From Halobacteria archaeon (lineage in GTDB: Archaea > Methanobacteriota_B > Thermococci > Methanofastidiosales > NM3): 64,000 nt of DNA. This document shows, piece after piece, positions 8,841-18,287 of the stretch. The stretch is from NCBI GenBank assembly GCA_036733165.1, contig DAINBB010000002.1, forward strand, positions 8,223 to 72,222. The letters run 5' to 3'. The position numbers and the translations under genes are program-made. The notes under the pieces are model-generated. The model was not told the DNA's origin, did not search any database, and was given only the letters and a program-made list of their open reading frames with translations. Numbering within the stretch: position 1 is the stretch's first letter; each line of letters begins with the position of its first letter.

Positions 8841-9110
8841 CTAACCTCCAAATGCCGGAGGTATCAGGGACAACGTGTCCCCATCCCTTATTTTTTCTTC
8901 TACATCGTTTATCAAGGTGCCATTCTTAAGAAATAGGATGTCCTCCATAATCCCACCATTCTCTAGTATCTCATCCAGGAACTTGCTCCCATACTTCAGT
9001 CCCAGTTGGTCTATCAGGTCCTTTATGGAAATGTTGTCAAGGTCCATGCTCACCTTCTGCACGCCGGTGGCAAGCCTGAAATGAGCTACGAATTCGACAG
9101 TGATGGTCAT
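8841..9110 (-). CDS. MoaD/ThiS-fold ubiquitin-like protein (SAMP-like) with a C-terminal Gly-Gly
   Basis: About 89 aa starting from the internal Met (MTITVEF...). The ORF ends ...IPPAFGG-stop, the -GG terminus typical of MoaD/SAMP. Confidence 0.5.
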   Translation of the reverse strand: MTITVEFVAHFRLATGVQKVSMDLDNISIKDLIDQLGLKYGSKFLDEILENGGIMEDILFLKNGTLINDVEEKIRDGDTLSLIPPAFGG

Positions 9111-9246
9111 CGTAGTGAAGAAAGGATAGAAATTAATAAATTTTTCTGATATCGGGCAAGGAACAAGTGACAAATAAGACCCGGACCCCCTTCTTCCTGT
9201 AAAAATTGCCAAGAAATCTTATATTGGCCAAACAACAATTAATCCT

Positions 9247-9963
9247 ATGACAAGATTGCTATTTCAAGAGGATTCCTACCTCAAGGAGGCGGATGCGGAG
9301 GTGTTGGAGATGGTCGATGGCAGCCTGGTCCTTGACAGGACGATCTTCTACCCCCAAGGAGGGGGACAGGATACCGACAGGGGGCATATGATGCTGAACG
9401 GCATCGTCCATCCCATCGACGAGGTCAAAAGGGCCTCCGGCAAGATACTGCACATGTCAAGCGTCCCATTCGTGGGCGCAGGGCCGGGGGATGTCGCAAG
9501 GATGACGCTGGACTGGGACAGGAGGTATACCATGATGAGGTACCATACGGCCCTCCATCTCCTCTCCTCAGTCGCTTACAAGGATTTCGGGGCCCAGATC
9601 ACCGGGAACAACATAGGCACCGAAAAGGCCAGGATAGACCTAAACCTGGAAGGGCTGTCGGAGGACGTAGTAAGGGACATAGAGAAAGGGACAAACGATC
9701 TGATATCGCGGGCCATTCCTGTTGATGTCAGGAACGTGGAGCGTTCTGAAGCCGAGTCGATGGTGGATCCAAAGAAGACCCGCCTTGACATGATCCCTCC
9801 CTCGGTGAGAAAGATAAGATTGATAGTTATCGGTGACAAGGACATAGACGCATGCGGCGGCACCCATGTGCACAACACCTCGGAGATAGCGGGCATAGAG
9901 ATATTCAATACCATCAACAAGGGAAGAGACAGGAAACGACTGGAGATAAGGCTGAAAAGATGA
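9247..9963 (+). CDS. alaX: alanyl-tRNA editing protein AlaX (AlaX-M type)
   Basis: Has the HxxxH (HTALHLL) and CGGTHV zinc-binding motifs of the AlaRS editing domain. Confidence 0.75.
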   Translation: MTRLLFQEDSYLKEADAEVLEMVDGSLVLDRTIFYPQGGGQDTDRGHMMLNGIVHPIDEVKRASGKILHMSSVPFVGAGPGDVARMTLDWDRRYTMMRYHTALHLLSSVAYKDFGAQITGNNIGTEKARIDLNLEGLSEDVVRDIEKGTNDLISRAIPVDVRNVERSEAESMVDPKKTRLDMIPPSVRKIRLIVIGDKDIDACGGTHVHNTSEIAGIEIFNTINKGRDRKRLEIRLKR

Positions 9964-10940
9964 TGTACAGAATGGGGCATTGCACATATGAGACCGGACT
10001 AGGGACCGACATCGTGGACAGCGGGCTGTGCTGCGGATGCGGAACGTGTGCCGCGATATGCCCAAAGGTGGGCGATATCAGGAAGTACAATCCCCTCATG
10101 CCACGTCATCTGCTAGGCACTGCCGAAGCGGATGGGGATGAGGTATGCGAAAGGTGCCTTGAGGTGTGCCCCATGAGGAACAGGGCCCTTGGAGAGGGCA
10201 TCGGGCCCGTTGTCTCGGCCTGGAGGGCAAGGGCCACCGACCCGGACATATTGTCAAGGTGCCAGGACGGCGGGGCATGCACAGCCTTCTTGAGGTCGTT
10301 GAACGGCATGGTGCCGCTGGGAATATCATCCAAGGAGGGGATGCCCCTTCCTGTCATGGGGGCTCCGATGGAATGCATGGGCACAAAGTATGGAGCCACC
10401 GCCTCGCTCTCCTTCCTGTCAAGGAAGACAAGGGATGTGGCGTTCGTCGGGTTGCCATGTCAGCTGACAGGCATTGAATTGTCGCAGAGACATGGCCTGT
10501 TGGATTCCATAAAGCTCAGGATCGGACTCTTCTGCACAAGGAACTTCCATCACAGGGAGCTCGAGAAGACGTTGGAAAGAGAAGGGGTCGACACCGGCGA
10601 TGTGGACAAGATAGAGATCAGGGGCAAGCTGATAGTGTCTATGAAAAACGGCGAGAGGACGACATTTCCCCTATCAAGATTCGACAACTGTGTCCTGGAC
10701 GGATGCAGGACGTGCCAGGACCTCTGCTGTTTCAATGGGGACATAGCCTTCGGGTCCCTGGGAAGCGATGACGGATATACGACCGTGTTGATAAGGAACG
10801 AGAAGGCGCAGATGTTGTTCGATGATGCCATCCAACGTGGTTTTATAAAGGCCGACGACAAGATTGATATGGACCTCATAGTCCGTTCCCAGGAGATCAA
10901 GAGGGTGCAGAATGGACAAGCTCATAATGATAGACCTTGA
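9960..10940 (+). CDS. coenzyme F420 hydrogenase/dehydrogenase beta-subunit family protein (FrhB/FdhB-like) with an N-terminal Cys cluster
   Basis: Start overlaps the alaX stop (ATGATG at 9960). N-terminal GLCCGCGTCAAICPKV Fe-S motif, with FrhB_FdhB-like N and C regions. Confidence 0.55.
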   Translation: MMYRMGHCTYETGLGTDIVDSGLCCGCGTCAAICPKVGDIRKYNPLMPRHLLGTAEADGDEVCERCLEVCPMRNRALGEGIGPVVSAWRARATDPDILSRCQDGGACTAFLRSLNGMVPLGISSKEGMPLPVMGAPMECMGTKYGATASLSFLSRKTRDVAFVGLPCQLTGIELSQRHGLLDSIKLRIGLFCTRNFHHRELEKTLEREGVDTGDVDKIEIRGKLIVSMKNGERTTFPLSRFDNCVLDGCRTCQDLCCFNGDIAFGSLGSDDGYTTVLIRNEKAQMLFDDAIQRGFIKADDKIDMDLIVRSQEIKRVQNGQAHNDRP

Positions 10941-11388
10941 GAAATGCATTGGATGCAGGCTATGCGAGCAGATGTGCTCTCTGCATCACGAGAATGCGAT
11001 AAGGCCCGCGTACTCAAGGATACATGCGATACTGTGGGAGGAGGAAGGTGTGAGCGTGCCTGTGGTATGCATCCAATGCGATGAGGCGCCATGTGTAGGC
11101 GCATGTAAGTACGATGCCCTGTGGAGGGACCCGTCGACCGGCGCGATCCTGGTGATGGAGGAAAACTGCATAGGCTGCAAGATGTGCATGGTCGCCTGCC
11201 CATACGGTTGCATGGGATATGACAAGGACAGACACAAGGTCTTCAAGTGCGACCTCTGCGGAGGGGACCCGAAATGCTGCGATATCTGTCCCAGCGGCGC
11301 CTTGAGCTACATAAAGGCGGAAAAGACGGCGATAGACAAGAAAAGGTCGTTCGCCAGGCCGTATGCAAGGCAGGTCTCGGGCCATTAG
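10912..11388 (+). CDS. 4Fe-4S dicluster ferredoxin-domain protein
   Basis: Two CxxCxxCxxxCP motifs (CIGCRLCEQMC, CIGCKMCMVACP) plus a Cys-rich tail (CDLCGGDPKCCDICP). Overlaps the upstream gene. Confidence 0.6.
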   Translation: MDKLIMIDLEKCIGCRLCEQMCSLHHENAIRPAYSRIHAILWEEEGVSVPVVCIQCDEAPCVGACKYDALWRDPSTGAILVMEENCIGCKMCMVACPYGCMGYDKDRHKVFKCDLCGGDPKCCDICPSGALSYIKAEKTAIDKKRSFARPYARQVSGH

Positions 11389-12164
11389 GACTGGTCGTCC
11401 GCGCTTTCAGGAACGATGGCGCCCTTCATTCTTTTCGCGTCATCGACGCTGACAAACCTTGACACTATCAGGTATATCCCGCCGAACACCAGCACAGACC
11501 CGGCCAGGTCCTCCCAGGTGTGTTCGCCAAGGTATAGCACGGTGAACGTTGTAAGTATCAGGTTCAGCAAGAGGAACCACATGTACTTGTTATAGACGCT
11601 CAGTTTTGTCTTGATGTGGTTGTATCTGGCTATGAGAAATCCAAGGAAGATGTAACCGAAGTGCCCCGATGGCATGCCACCGTACTTTACACTTACAAGG
11701 ATATCGGATATTGGCAGCGCCTCAAGCCTTATGGCCCTGGCGCCAGAGTCCCATCTCAGGGGCGGTGCCACGGGGAATATCATCTCAAGGCCGAAGTGCG
11801 CCAGCCAGCATGCGACCACTGCGATTCCCCATTTCCATCCATCCTTCCCCTGCTTGATCATAAGGTATTGAAGCAGTATGAGGCATATTATGAAACCTAT
11901 CGGATAATAGATTGACAGTATGAGGTCCAATGACGGCGTGGATAGGTGCTCTTGTATCCATATCGTCAGATTGGGCGAGAACGTGATATACCACGATGGG
12001 TGCTCTATGAGGAACTGGAGGGATTGGTAGAATATGAGGAACAGTACCACGAATGCGGCATAGACGCAATTCCTTCTGTATGAGAAGAATTCCCTCAGGT
12101 CCTTCAAAATGACAAAGAAATGGTCTTTGAACTTCCCCATAAAGAGAAGAAAAAACAAATCCAA
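11385..12164 (-). CDS. PAP2-superfamily membrane phosphatase (putative)
   Basis: Polytopic membrane protein with PSGH and HTWED motifs resembling PAP2 motifs 2 and 3. Confidence 0.4.
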   Translation of the reverse strand: MDLFFLLFMGKFKDHFFVILKDLREFFSYRRNCVYAAFVVLFLIFYQSLQFLIEHPSWYITFSPNLTIWIQEHLSTPSLDLILSIYYPIGFIICLILLQYLMIKQGKDGWKWGIAVVACWLAHFGLEMIFPVAPPLRWDSGARAIRLEALPISDILVSVKYGGMPSGHFGYIFLGFLIARYNHIKTKLSVYNKYMWFLLLNLILTTFTVLYLGEHTWEDLAGSVLVFGGIYLIVSRFVSVDDAKRMKGAIVPESADDQS

Positions 12165-12237
12165 TAAAAAGTTTTTGCTCTTTTATACTTTTTTCAATCG
12201 ATATTGTTTATCTGCCAACCGGCACATGAATCAACAT

Positions 12238-13404
12238 ATGCAGAAAACAAAAATGGTCATTCTAAGCCTCTTCTTTTCCATTGTCGGGGTAGGGTTCCTT
12301 TTTTTCGAGTCTGGCGCCCTCACGCCGATTGTGCCGCAGGGGCCCCTTGAATCGTTCATGGGGTCATACGTCTCGCTCGAAGGCGTTGTGTGCAGGAAGT
12401 TCGAGTCAAAGGGCAATCTGTTCATTGTGATAAGGGGAGACTATGAGGTGGAGGTACCGATTTTCTATGGGTTGAAGGAAAGTCTTGGAAGGGTGCCTGA
12501 CCTGGGGGACTGGGTAAATGTCCAGGGTGTCCTGGAGGAAGTGCCACAGGAATACCTCAGGGAGTACTGGCCCAAATTCTCCCTGTCCGTCAATGAGGCA
12601 TATGAGATAGAGGTGGGAGAGATACATCAGGCGTTCCTCGACAAGACGTATGACTATAGCCTTTCGAGGGCGGGGCTCGTGCTGTGCTTGGAGGGGAAGA
12701 TAGAACTTATCGAGGACGGTACCGCCTATGTGAACGGAGTGGGGGTCCCGGCGTCAGAGGAGATGAGTATCGCGGATAGGATCACCGGCAAGGTGCTCGT
12801 GGTCGAGAACGACCACAAACTGGAGAACATACCCATAGAGATGGACCTGCTACCCGCCGATGTGGTGCCATTGGGCAATGTTGTCTTGCAGGGGGAATCC
12901 TACCGGACAAGGGGCACCGTCGAAGAGATGAGACCGTACTACTCCGGGCTCCTTATCACGCTTGTAGAAGATGGTCGTTCGCTTGAGGTCTATGCAAGGA
13001 ACATGGCCCCAATATTCTTCAGGGACGTGATATGTGCCAGGGGGATATTCAAGGAGTTCAGGGGACGCGAACTGCTCTATGTCGGTTCATCGCTTGACAT
13101 TGTGGTCGAGGAAAGAGGTATTGAGGACCCGGTCTTGGCCATGTCGGCGGGACAGAGATCGCTGGTGGTCGCCAACGTGATCGGCGAGGACATGGTAGGC
13201 AAGCATAGGGTGGTCCAACTTTCGGTATCCGGACAGGCCATCAACTGCCATCTGTACTGCGACGAGCTTGAAGATATGGAAAAAATGGGAAGGGACCTGG
13301 GCCTTCTAGAGAAAGGGAGTGTTATTGTCGCGTATCTGGAGATTATAGAAAAAAATGGATTGATAGAGTCGAAACTAATCGACTTTCTGCCTTATTATAA
13401 ATAG
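12238..13404 (+). CDS. membrane-anchored or secreted hypothetical protein
   Basis: Start placed at MQKTKM to avoid overlapping the PAP2-like gene. Has an N-terminal TM/signal segment, then a soluble beta-rich region. Confidence 0.4.
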   Translation: MQKTKMVILSLFFSIVGVGFLFFESGALTPIVPQGPLESFMGSYVSLEGVVCRKFESKGNLFIVIRGDYEVEVPIFYGLKESLGRVPDLGDWVNVQGVLEEVPQEYLREYWPKFSLSVNEAYEIEVGEIHQAFLDKTYDYSLSRAGLVLCLEGKIELIEDGTAYVNGVGVPASEEMSIADRITGKVLVVENDHKLENIPIEMDLLPADVVPLGNVVLQGESYRTRGTVEEMRPYYSGLLITLVEDGRSLEVYARNMAPIFFRDVICARGIFKEFRGRELLYVGSSLDIVVEERGIEDPVLAMSAGQRSLVVANVIGEDMVGKHRVVQLSVSGQAINCHLYCDELEDMEKMGRDLGLLEKGSVIVAYLEIIEKNGLIESKLIDFLPYYK

Positions 13405-13438
13405 ATATAAATATGAAAAGGAAGACTATTAAAAAGCA

Positions 13439-13573
13439 ATGACTGGTACCTCTCCCAAAAAAAAGGAAAAGAAACTGCCCGAGGAGTTCATTCCAGTGCT
13501 TATGAAACATGCCAAGAAACATATGCTGGAAGAAGAGAAGAAGGGCATCTTTCGCAAACTTCCTATAAAATAA
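13439..13573 (+). CDS. candidate small basic protein (44 aa)
   Basis: ATG...TAA ORF (MTGTSPKKKEKKLPEEFIPVLMKHAKKHMLEEEKKGIFRKLPIK) in an intergenic AT-rich stretch. It falls below the ORF-track length cutoff. Confidence 0.2.
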   Translation: MTGTSPKKKEKKLPEEFIPVLMKHAKKHMLEEEKKGIFRKLPIK

Positions 13574-13623
13574 TGGCATGGGGTCCAGAAAACTTTTTAT
13601 TTATTGCTCATCACTTTTGTATA

Positions 13624-15101
13624 ATGAAACGTATAGCTCCGGTAGCTCTGCTCATAATGTTCCTGGTGTCCATGGGCGCTGCAATGGCCGATGAGAACGA
13701 CGTATACATATCCTCAGGGACCACTACAATAGAGCTATACCCCGGATGCTCGGAAACGTTCACCATCATCGTGAGGTCCATAGGACAGGAGGACAGCGGG
13801 ACCACGAGCACCACCACAAATCCGTCGACCACGAGTTCTCCAACCACCAGTCCGCCGACCACGAGTTCTCCAACCACACCAGGGCCACCTCCCCCACCCG
13901 GAGCGGTCGATTCGACCTTGGCAGGATCCGCCGCATCGTTTTCGATGCAGCAGAGCTCAATGTCTCTCTCCTCGCTGATGCTGACCCCCAGCTGACCCTT
14001 TCCGCGGAACCGCCCGAAGGGCTTGAGATCGAGTTCGAGAAAACGGCATTCTATGTGGAATACAACACGAATGTCGAGGTGTCTGTAAAAATCGAGGCGT
14101 CGGAGGACATAGAGCCTGGTGACTACACTATACCTATCAAAGTAAGGTCAAACTCCGGACATTACGACACGATAGAGGTCGGTGTGACAGTGCTCCCATA
14201 CATAGACATAATAATCAATGAGGTGACGGTGAGCGACACCCTCCCCGACGGGGGGGACAACGTGGTGTTTACGGTATCCGTCACGAACATGGGCGAGTCT
14301 CCGACCGGCGAGGTCACATGCGCCATCTACAACAAGGACACCAACGAGAGGATGGCCTCCGAGGTGGTATCGCTGTCCGCGAACGAGACAACGGAGTTCG
14401 ATGTGAACTGGACCGCCGTCGAGGGCGCCTACAGCTTCAGGGTGTTCATCTCGTCCCCCGCAAATGAGAAGATCACCGCAAACAACTATTACTTCCTTTC
14501 AATGAAGGTGGGCCCGGCGTTCATGCCCGTCGATCTTGGGGAGGAATACTTCTCAGAAGGACTGGTCTACTTCGAGTCCAAGAAATGGCAGGAGGCGATA
14601 GACATGTTCAATCTTGCCATAGTCGAGTTCCAGGAGGATGGAGAGGACAACAAGGTGACCACCGTGCAGAGCTATCTCGACATCTCCAGCAAGTACCTTG
14701 AGGCCCATAATCTCTACAACGAGGGCATCGATGCCATGGAGGCGGGCGACATTGCACTTGCAAAGGAAAAACTCCGTGCGGCAGAGACCATATACACGGA
14801 ACTTGGAGACCTGGAAAAGATAAATCTCTGTTTTGACCAGATAATATCGCTCAACGAACCGGAGGAGGACGCCAACCCCAAGGAAAGCTCCTTCCTGCCA
14901 TATCCTTGGTATACGTTCACTGTGCCCCTACTGATGATAATAGTGTTCTTGGGATACACCAGCAGATCGAAACCATCCACAGACCTGAACGCCTTGCTCC
15001 TGGACTTGGAAAGGATGTATGAGAAGGGACAGATCTCTGAAGGGACCTATGTCAAGGAAAAGTATAAGATAAAGCTTAAGATGCTTGAAAAGAATGCTTA
15101 G
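13624..15101 (+). pseudogene. surface/secreted protein gene interrupted by a frameshift in a C5 homopolymer. Architecture is signal peptide, S/T/P linker, large extracellular domain, C-terminal TM and SHOCT-like tail.
   Basis: Frame 1 (13624 onward) encodes a signal peptide and a TTSTTTNPSTTSSPTTSPPTTSSPTTPGPPPP linker. The protein-like reading continues in frame 0 after the C-run at 13891-13895 (..TRSGRFDLGRIRRIVFDAAELNVSLL..). Adding one C there joins both parts into a single ~490 aa protein that ends with a TM helix and an ..ERMYEKGQISEGTYVKEKYKIKLKML tail. Confidence 0.5.
13821..13880. repeat. 2 x 30 bp tandem repeat (TCCG[T/C]CGACCACGAGTTCTCCAACCAC...) encoding PSTTSSPTTS / PPTTSSPTTP
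   Basis: Two adjacent 30-mers differing at 3-4 positions, directly upstream of the C5 tract where the frame breaks. Confidence 0.7.
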
Positions 15102-15299
15102 TTTCCCTTTTGATATTTTTTATATTATATAAGTATTATTTATTCATTGTTCATTGTTTTATCTGTCATTAATTCATTAATTTATGTTATATATGACATT
15201 TTATAAACAATATGATTTTTAAGGGACTATTTTGGATATAATCAGGATTATAATAAGATTTATAAATATTTGATGTAAGATAGATAAGGAGGTCTTTGT

Positions 15300-15590
15300 T
15301 TGAACGGCAGTTACATACAAAGAAGTGTCGATTCTTCGGTATTTGAGGACTTTAGAAAACTTTCTATTCCCCTTTCAAAGAGTCCTGTCAGCGTCATTGA
15401 TAACAAAGATGAACTTGACATTGACGAGAGCCTTATGTTTCTCATCTACGAACTGATGACGAAAAATAAGATGTCCTACGACAACCTTGAAGAGATCGAT
15501 ATTTTCAAAAAGACACTGAAAGATATAGTTGATGAACTATACTCAGGCCCTGCAGTCGACTATGTTGTCTTGAATCTGGAAAAGAAGTAA
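15300..15590 (+). CDS. small acidic hypothetical protein (TTG start in the ORF track)
   Basis: 96-codon ORF following a 200 bp AT-rich region. No recognisable motif. Confidence 0.25.
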   Translation: MNGSYIQRSVDSSVFEDFRKLSIPLSKSPVSVIDNKDELDIDESLMFLIYELMTKNKMSYDNLEEIDIFKKTLKDIVDELYSGPAVDYVVLNLEKK

Positions 15591-15654
15591 ACCTTCAATG
15601 TTATATGATCACTGATTGGTATCCTATTAATCCAATCCCATCCTTCTTTTTTTT

Positions 15655-16869
15655 GTGTCCTTAGAGATAGTGCTGTACTGTGTATTGGGCGTGGCATGCG
15701 GAACGTTCACAGGGCTTGTGCCGGGCATACATGTCAACACCGCGGCCCCGATCGCCCTCGGAATGTCCCAAAAGGCGTATCTCGACCCGTTGTTCGCTTC
15801 CGTGTTCATATGCTCGATGTCAATAACCCATACATTCATTGACTTTATACCGGCCACGGTTCTTGGCGTCCCAGACCCAGATATGTCATTGGCGGTGCTG
15901 CCGGCGCACAGCATGGTGCTGTCTGGCAGGGGATGGGAGGCCATATCGCTCTCAGGCGTCGCCAGCCTGGTGGCTGTGGTGTTCATAGCGTTGTGCCTGC
16001 CGGTCCTTATGCCCGCTATCGAGGTCCTCTACCCGATGATATCCTCCTCGACCCTGCCGATACTCGTCCTCTTCTCGGGGGTCACGATATTCATTCACAG
16101 AGGGATCAAAAGAACTGCCATGGCCGCCTTTGTGTTCGGCCTCAGCGGCTTTTTCGGATATGTCGTCCTGGGGGCGAGTACCGTCTTCGACAATCCTCTG
16201 ATGCCTGTGTTTTCAGGCATGTTCGGCCTCAGTTCGCTTCTCATGGGCATGATGGGGGGAAACCAGATCCCCCCTCAACAGATAGATAATGTGATGTTGC
16301 TGGACAGGATAGGGATACTCTCCTCGACCCTGAAGGGAACCCTTTCGGGCATCCTGGTGTCCACGGTGCCAGGCATAGGCGCCAGCCAGGCTACGACCCT
16401 CTCAAACGTGTTCTCAAGAAGCGGCGGAGAGCGGGGCAAGAGGGAGTTCATAGCCTCCTGCTGCTCCATCAATACGTCCAATGCCTTCTTCGCCATTATC
16501 GTCCTATACCTGTTCGGCAAGGCAAGGAACGGTGCGTTGGTCTGCGTTCAGGGTATACTGGACCCGTTCCTGCGCCAAGAGTTCATCGTCATCCTTTCCG
16601 TGTCGATAGTGACGGCCTTCATGGCATATGTGAGCCTCATATTCTTCGGCAGGCTGGCCCTTGACAACATATCCAGGATAAATTACACTCAGCTCTGCGT
16701 CTTCGGGGTCGTGTTCCAAGTTATCGTGGTGTTTGTCCTATGCGGCGGCACCGGACTATTGCTCTGTTCCATCTCGACCGCCATGGGCATGATCCCTCCA
16801 TCCGTGAACGTCAACAGGTCGACGCTGATGGGATTCCTGATGGTGCCCGTGATGACATACTACATTTAA
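15655..16869 (+). CDS. TctA-family / DUF112 polytopic membrane transporter-like protein
   Basis: 404 aa with at least 10 TM segments, Gly-rich helices, and a VPGIHVNTAAP / VPGIGASQ pattern reminiscent of TctA. Confidence 0.5.
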   Translation: MSLEIVLYCVLGVACGTFTGLVPGIHVNTAAPIALGMSQKAYLDPLFASVFICSMSITHTFIDFIPATVLGVPDPDMSLAVLPAHSMVLSGRGWEAISLSGVASLVAVVFIALCLPVLMPAIEVLYPMISSSTLPILVLFSGVTIFIHRGIKRTAMAAFVFGLSGFFGYVVLGASTVFDNPLMPVFSGMFGLSSLLMGMMGGNQIPPQQIDNVMLLDRIGILSSTLKGTLSGILVSTVPGIGASQATTLSNVFSRSGGERGKREFIASCCSINTSNAFFAIIVLYLFGKARNGALVCVQGILDPFLRQEFIVILSVSIVTAFMAYVSLIFFGRLALDNISRINYTQLCVFGVVFQVIVVFVLCGGTGLLLCSISTAMGMIPPSVNVNRSTLMGFLMVPVMTYYI

Positions 16870-16904
16870 AAACTATTATTAATGTGAACGAAAGAAGTGT
16901 ATGG

Positions 16905-18287
16905 ATGGTCGTCCTCAATCCGTTCGATGAAAAATACAAACGCTATCTGAATATAGATCTGAACAAGATCGACCCGAAGATGATAAGGCTGGCAATAGCC
17001 AGGTCAAATGAGGCAAACAATGAAAAATACGTCGATCTTGATGAAAAGGAGGATATCATCTCTCTCTTTCTCCTGTTGCAGAGCCTGTCGAGGACGCCCC
17101 ATGCCCCGGAGGTCCAAGGCGCGCTTGCGACATTGGAAAAATTACTGATACTGAGGACATCGAGGAACCTTGATGAGGACGGGATAGCGGAGATGTCCGG
17201 ACTCCTGGAGATACACGACCTGCCCGAACTCAAAGACCCCAAGAATCGCATGAAGAGATTCATCGAACTTGAAGAACTTGGACTGCTCGTCTCCAAGGAG
17301 GACCTCTTCAGGCTCAAGGGAGCCAAGGGGGGCGAGATAGAGTATACACTGGCCTGGGACGAGGCATATGGCGTAGTGGATATCACGAAACAGTACATCA
17401 TGGGAAAATACATGTTCATCACCAGGGCGGAACTTGTGGAGTTCTATTCCAAGTTCGTCAGGAAGATCTGCTACGATTATATGCAGAGGATCTCATCCAG
17501 GATACAAGAACATCCGCATCAAGTATATGATAAGATCACAAACATGGTCAAGTCGGTCCTGCGGGTCTCAAAACGGGTGGAAAAGGTCTCGGGTACCCTT
17601 ACGGAGGACGCCTTTCCCCCATGCATAAAGCTTTCCTTGATGGGTGTTTCCTCCGGACAGAGAAACTACTCGATCACGATACTCCTGACATCATTCCTCT
17701 CGTATGCCCGTCTGATGCCCTCAACGAAGATATTCGACAGGGATACGTCGTTCGACCTGAATCAAGAGGATATCGGTGTCCTTCTTGACGAGGTGGTCCC
17801 CGCCATATTCGAGGCCGGTGACAGCTGCGAGCCGCCATTCTTCAAGGAACAGCCTTTGGAACGGATGAACATATTCTACCATCTGGGGTTCGGGATGACC
17901 GAAAAGCCAAACCCCCAGGATTTCGGAAGGTCCAAGTGGTATCTGCCGCCATCATGCGCCAAGGTCGCAGAGAACGCCCCTTACCTCTGCCAGCCCGACG
18001 AGTTCTGCAAGAAGGTCACATGGGGCATCAAGGACCGGAAGACCGTTGATGAGCTCTTGAACAAGGCAAGGGAGGGGGGAAGAATGGCAGAGGGCGAGAT
18101 GGTCCTGGAGACGCTCTCCAAGGGCGCAAGGCCCTTCGACTCCCTGCAGGAGGAGACCGGGATAGACAAAAAAGAGCTTACAGGCCTTCTCACCACGCTG
18201 TCAAAGAACCAGCTGATAGGCAGAAGGAAGATCACGAATCCCCTGATATACTACATAAGAAAAAAATGGATGCTCAGTCAGAGATGA
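16905..18287 (+). CDS. priL: DNA primase large subunit PriL, with a C-terminal winged-helix-like extension
   Basis: Conserved FPPCIKLSLMGVSSGQRNYSITILLTSFL motif (the FPPCM box of PriL/p58). Start set at MVVLNPF to avoid overlapping the upstream gene. Confidence 0.6.
   Translation: MVVLNPFDEKYKRYLNIDLNKIDPKMIRLAIARSNEANNEKYVDLDEKEDIISLFLLLQSLSRTPHAPEVQGALATLEKLLILRTSRNLDEDGIAEMSGLLEIHDLPELKDPKNRMKRFIELEELGLLVSKEDLFRLKGAKGGEIEYTLAWDEAYGVVDITKQYIMGKYMFITRAELVEFYSKFVRKICYDYMQRISSRIQEHPHQVYDKITNMVKSVLRVSKRVEKVSGTLTEDAFPPCIKLSLMGVSSGQRNYSITILLTSFLSYARLMPSTKIFDRDTSFDLNQEDIGVLLDEVVPAIFEAGDSCEPPFFKEQPLERMNIFYHLGFGMTEKPNPQDFGRSKWYLPPSCAKVAENAPYLCQPDEFCKKVTWGIKDRKTVDELLNKAREGGRMAEGEMVLETLSKGARPFDSLQEETGIDKKELTGLLTTLSKNQLIGRRKITNPLIYYIRKKWMLSQR

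Noticed and set aside
9852-9959. Upstream extension of the FrhB-like ORF (listed start 9852)
   Set aside because: The extension overlaps the 3' end of alaX in another frame. The conserved N-terminal Cys cluster begins right after the ATGATG at 9960, which also abuts the alaX stop.
13343-13579. 78 aa minus-strand Phe/Leu-rich ORF
   Set aside because: It is a typical artefact of reading an AT-rich, Lys/Glu-coding region on the opposite strand. No start context or motif.
13573-13995. Stand-alone 140 aa ORF (signal peptide plus S/T/P-rich tail) called as a separate gene
   Set aside because: Its low-complexity C-terminus (..GAVDSTLAGSAASFSMQQSSMSLSS..) is not protein-like, whereas the overlapping frame is. 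It is better explained as the 5' part of the frameshifted surface-protein gene 13624-15101.
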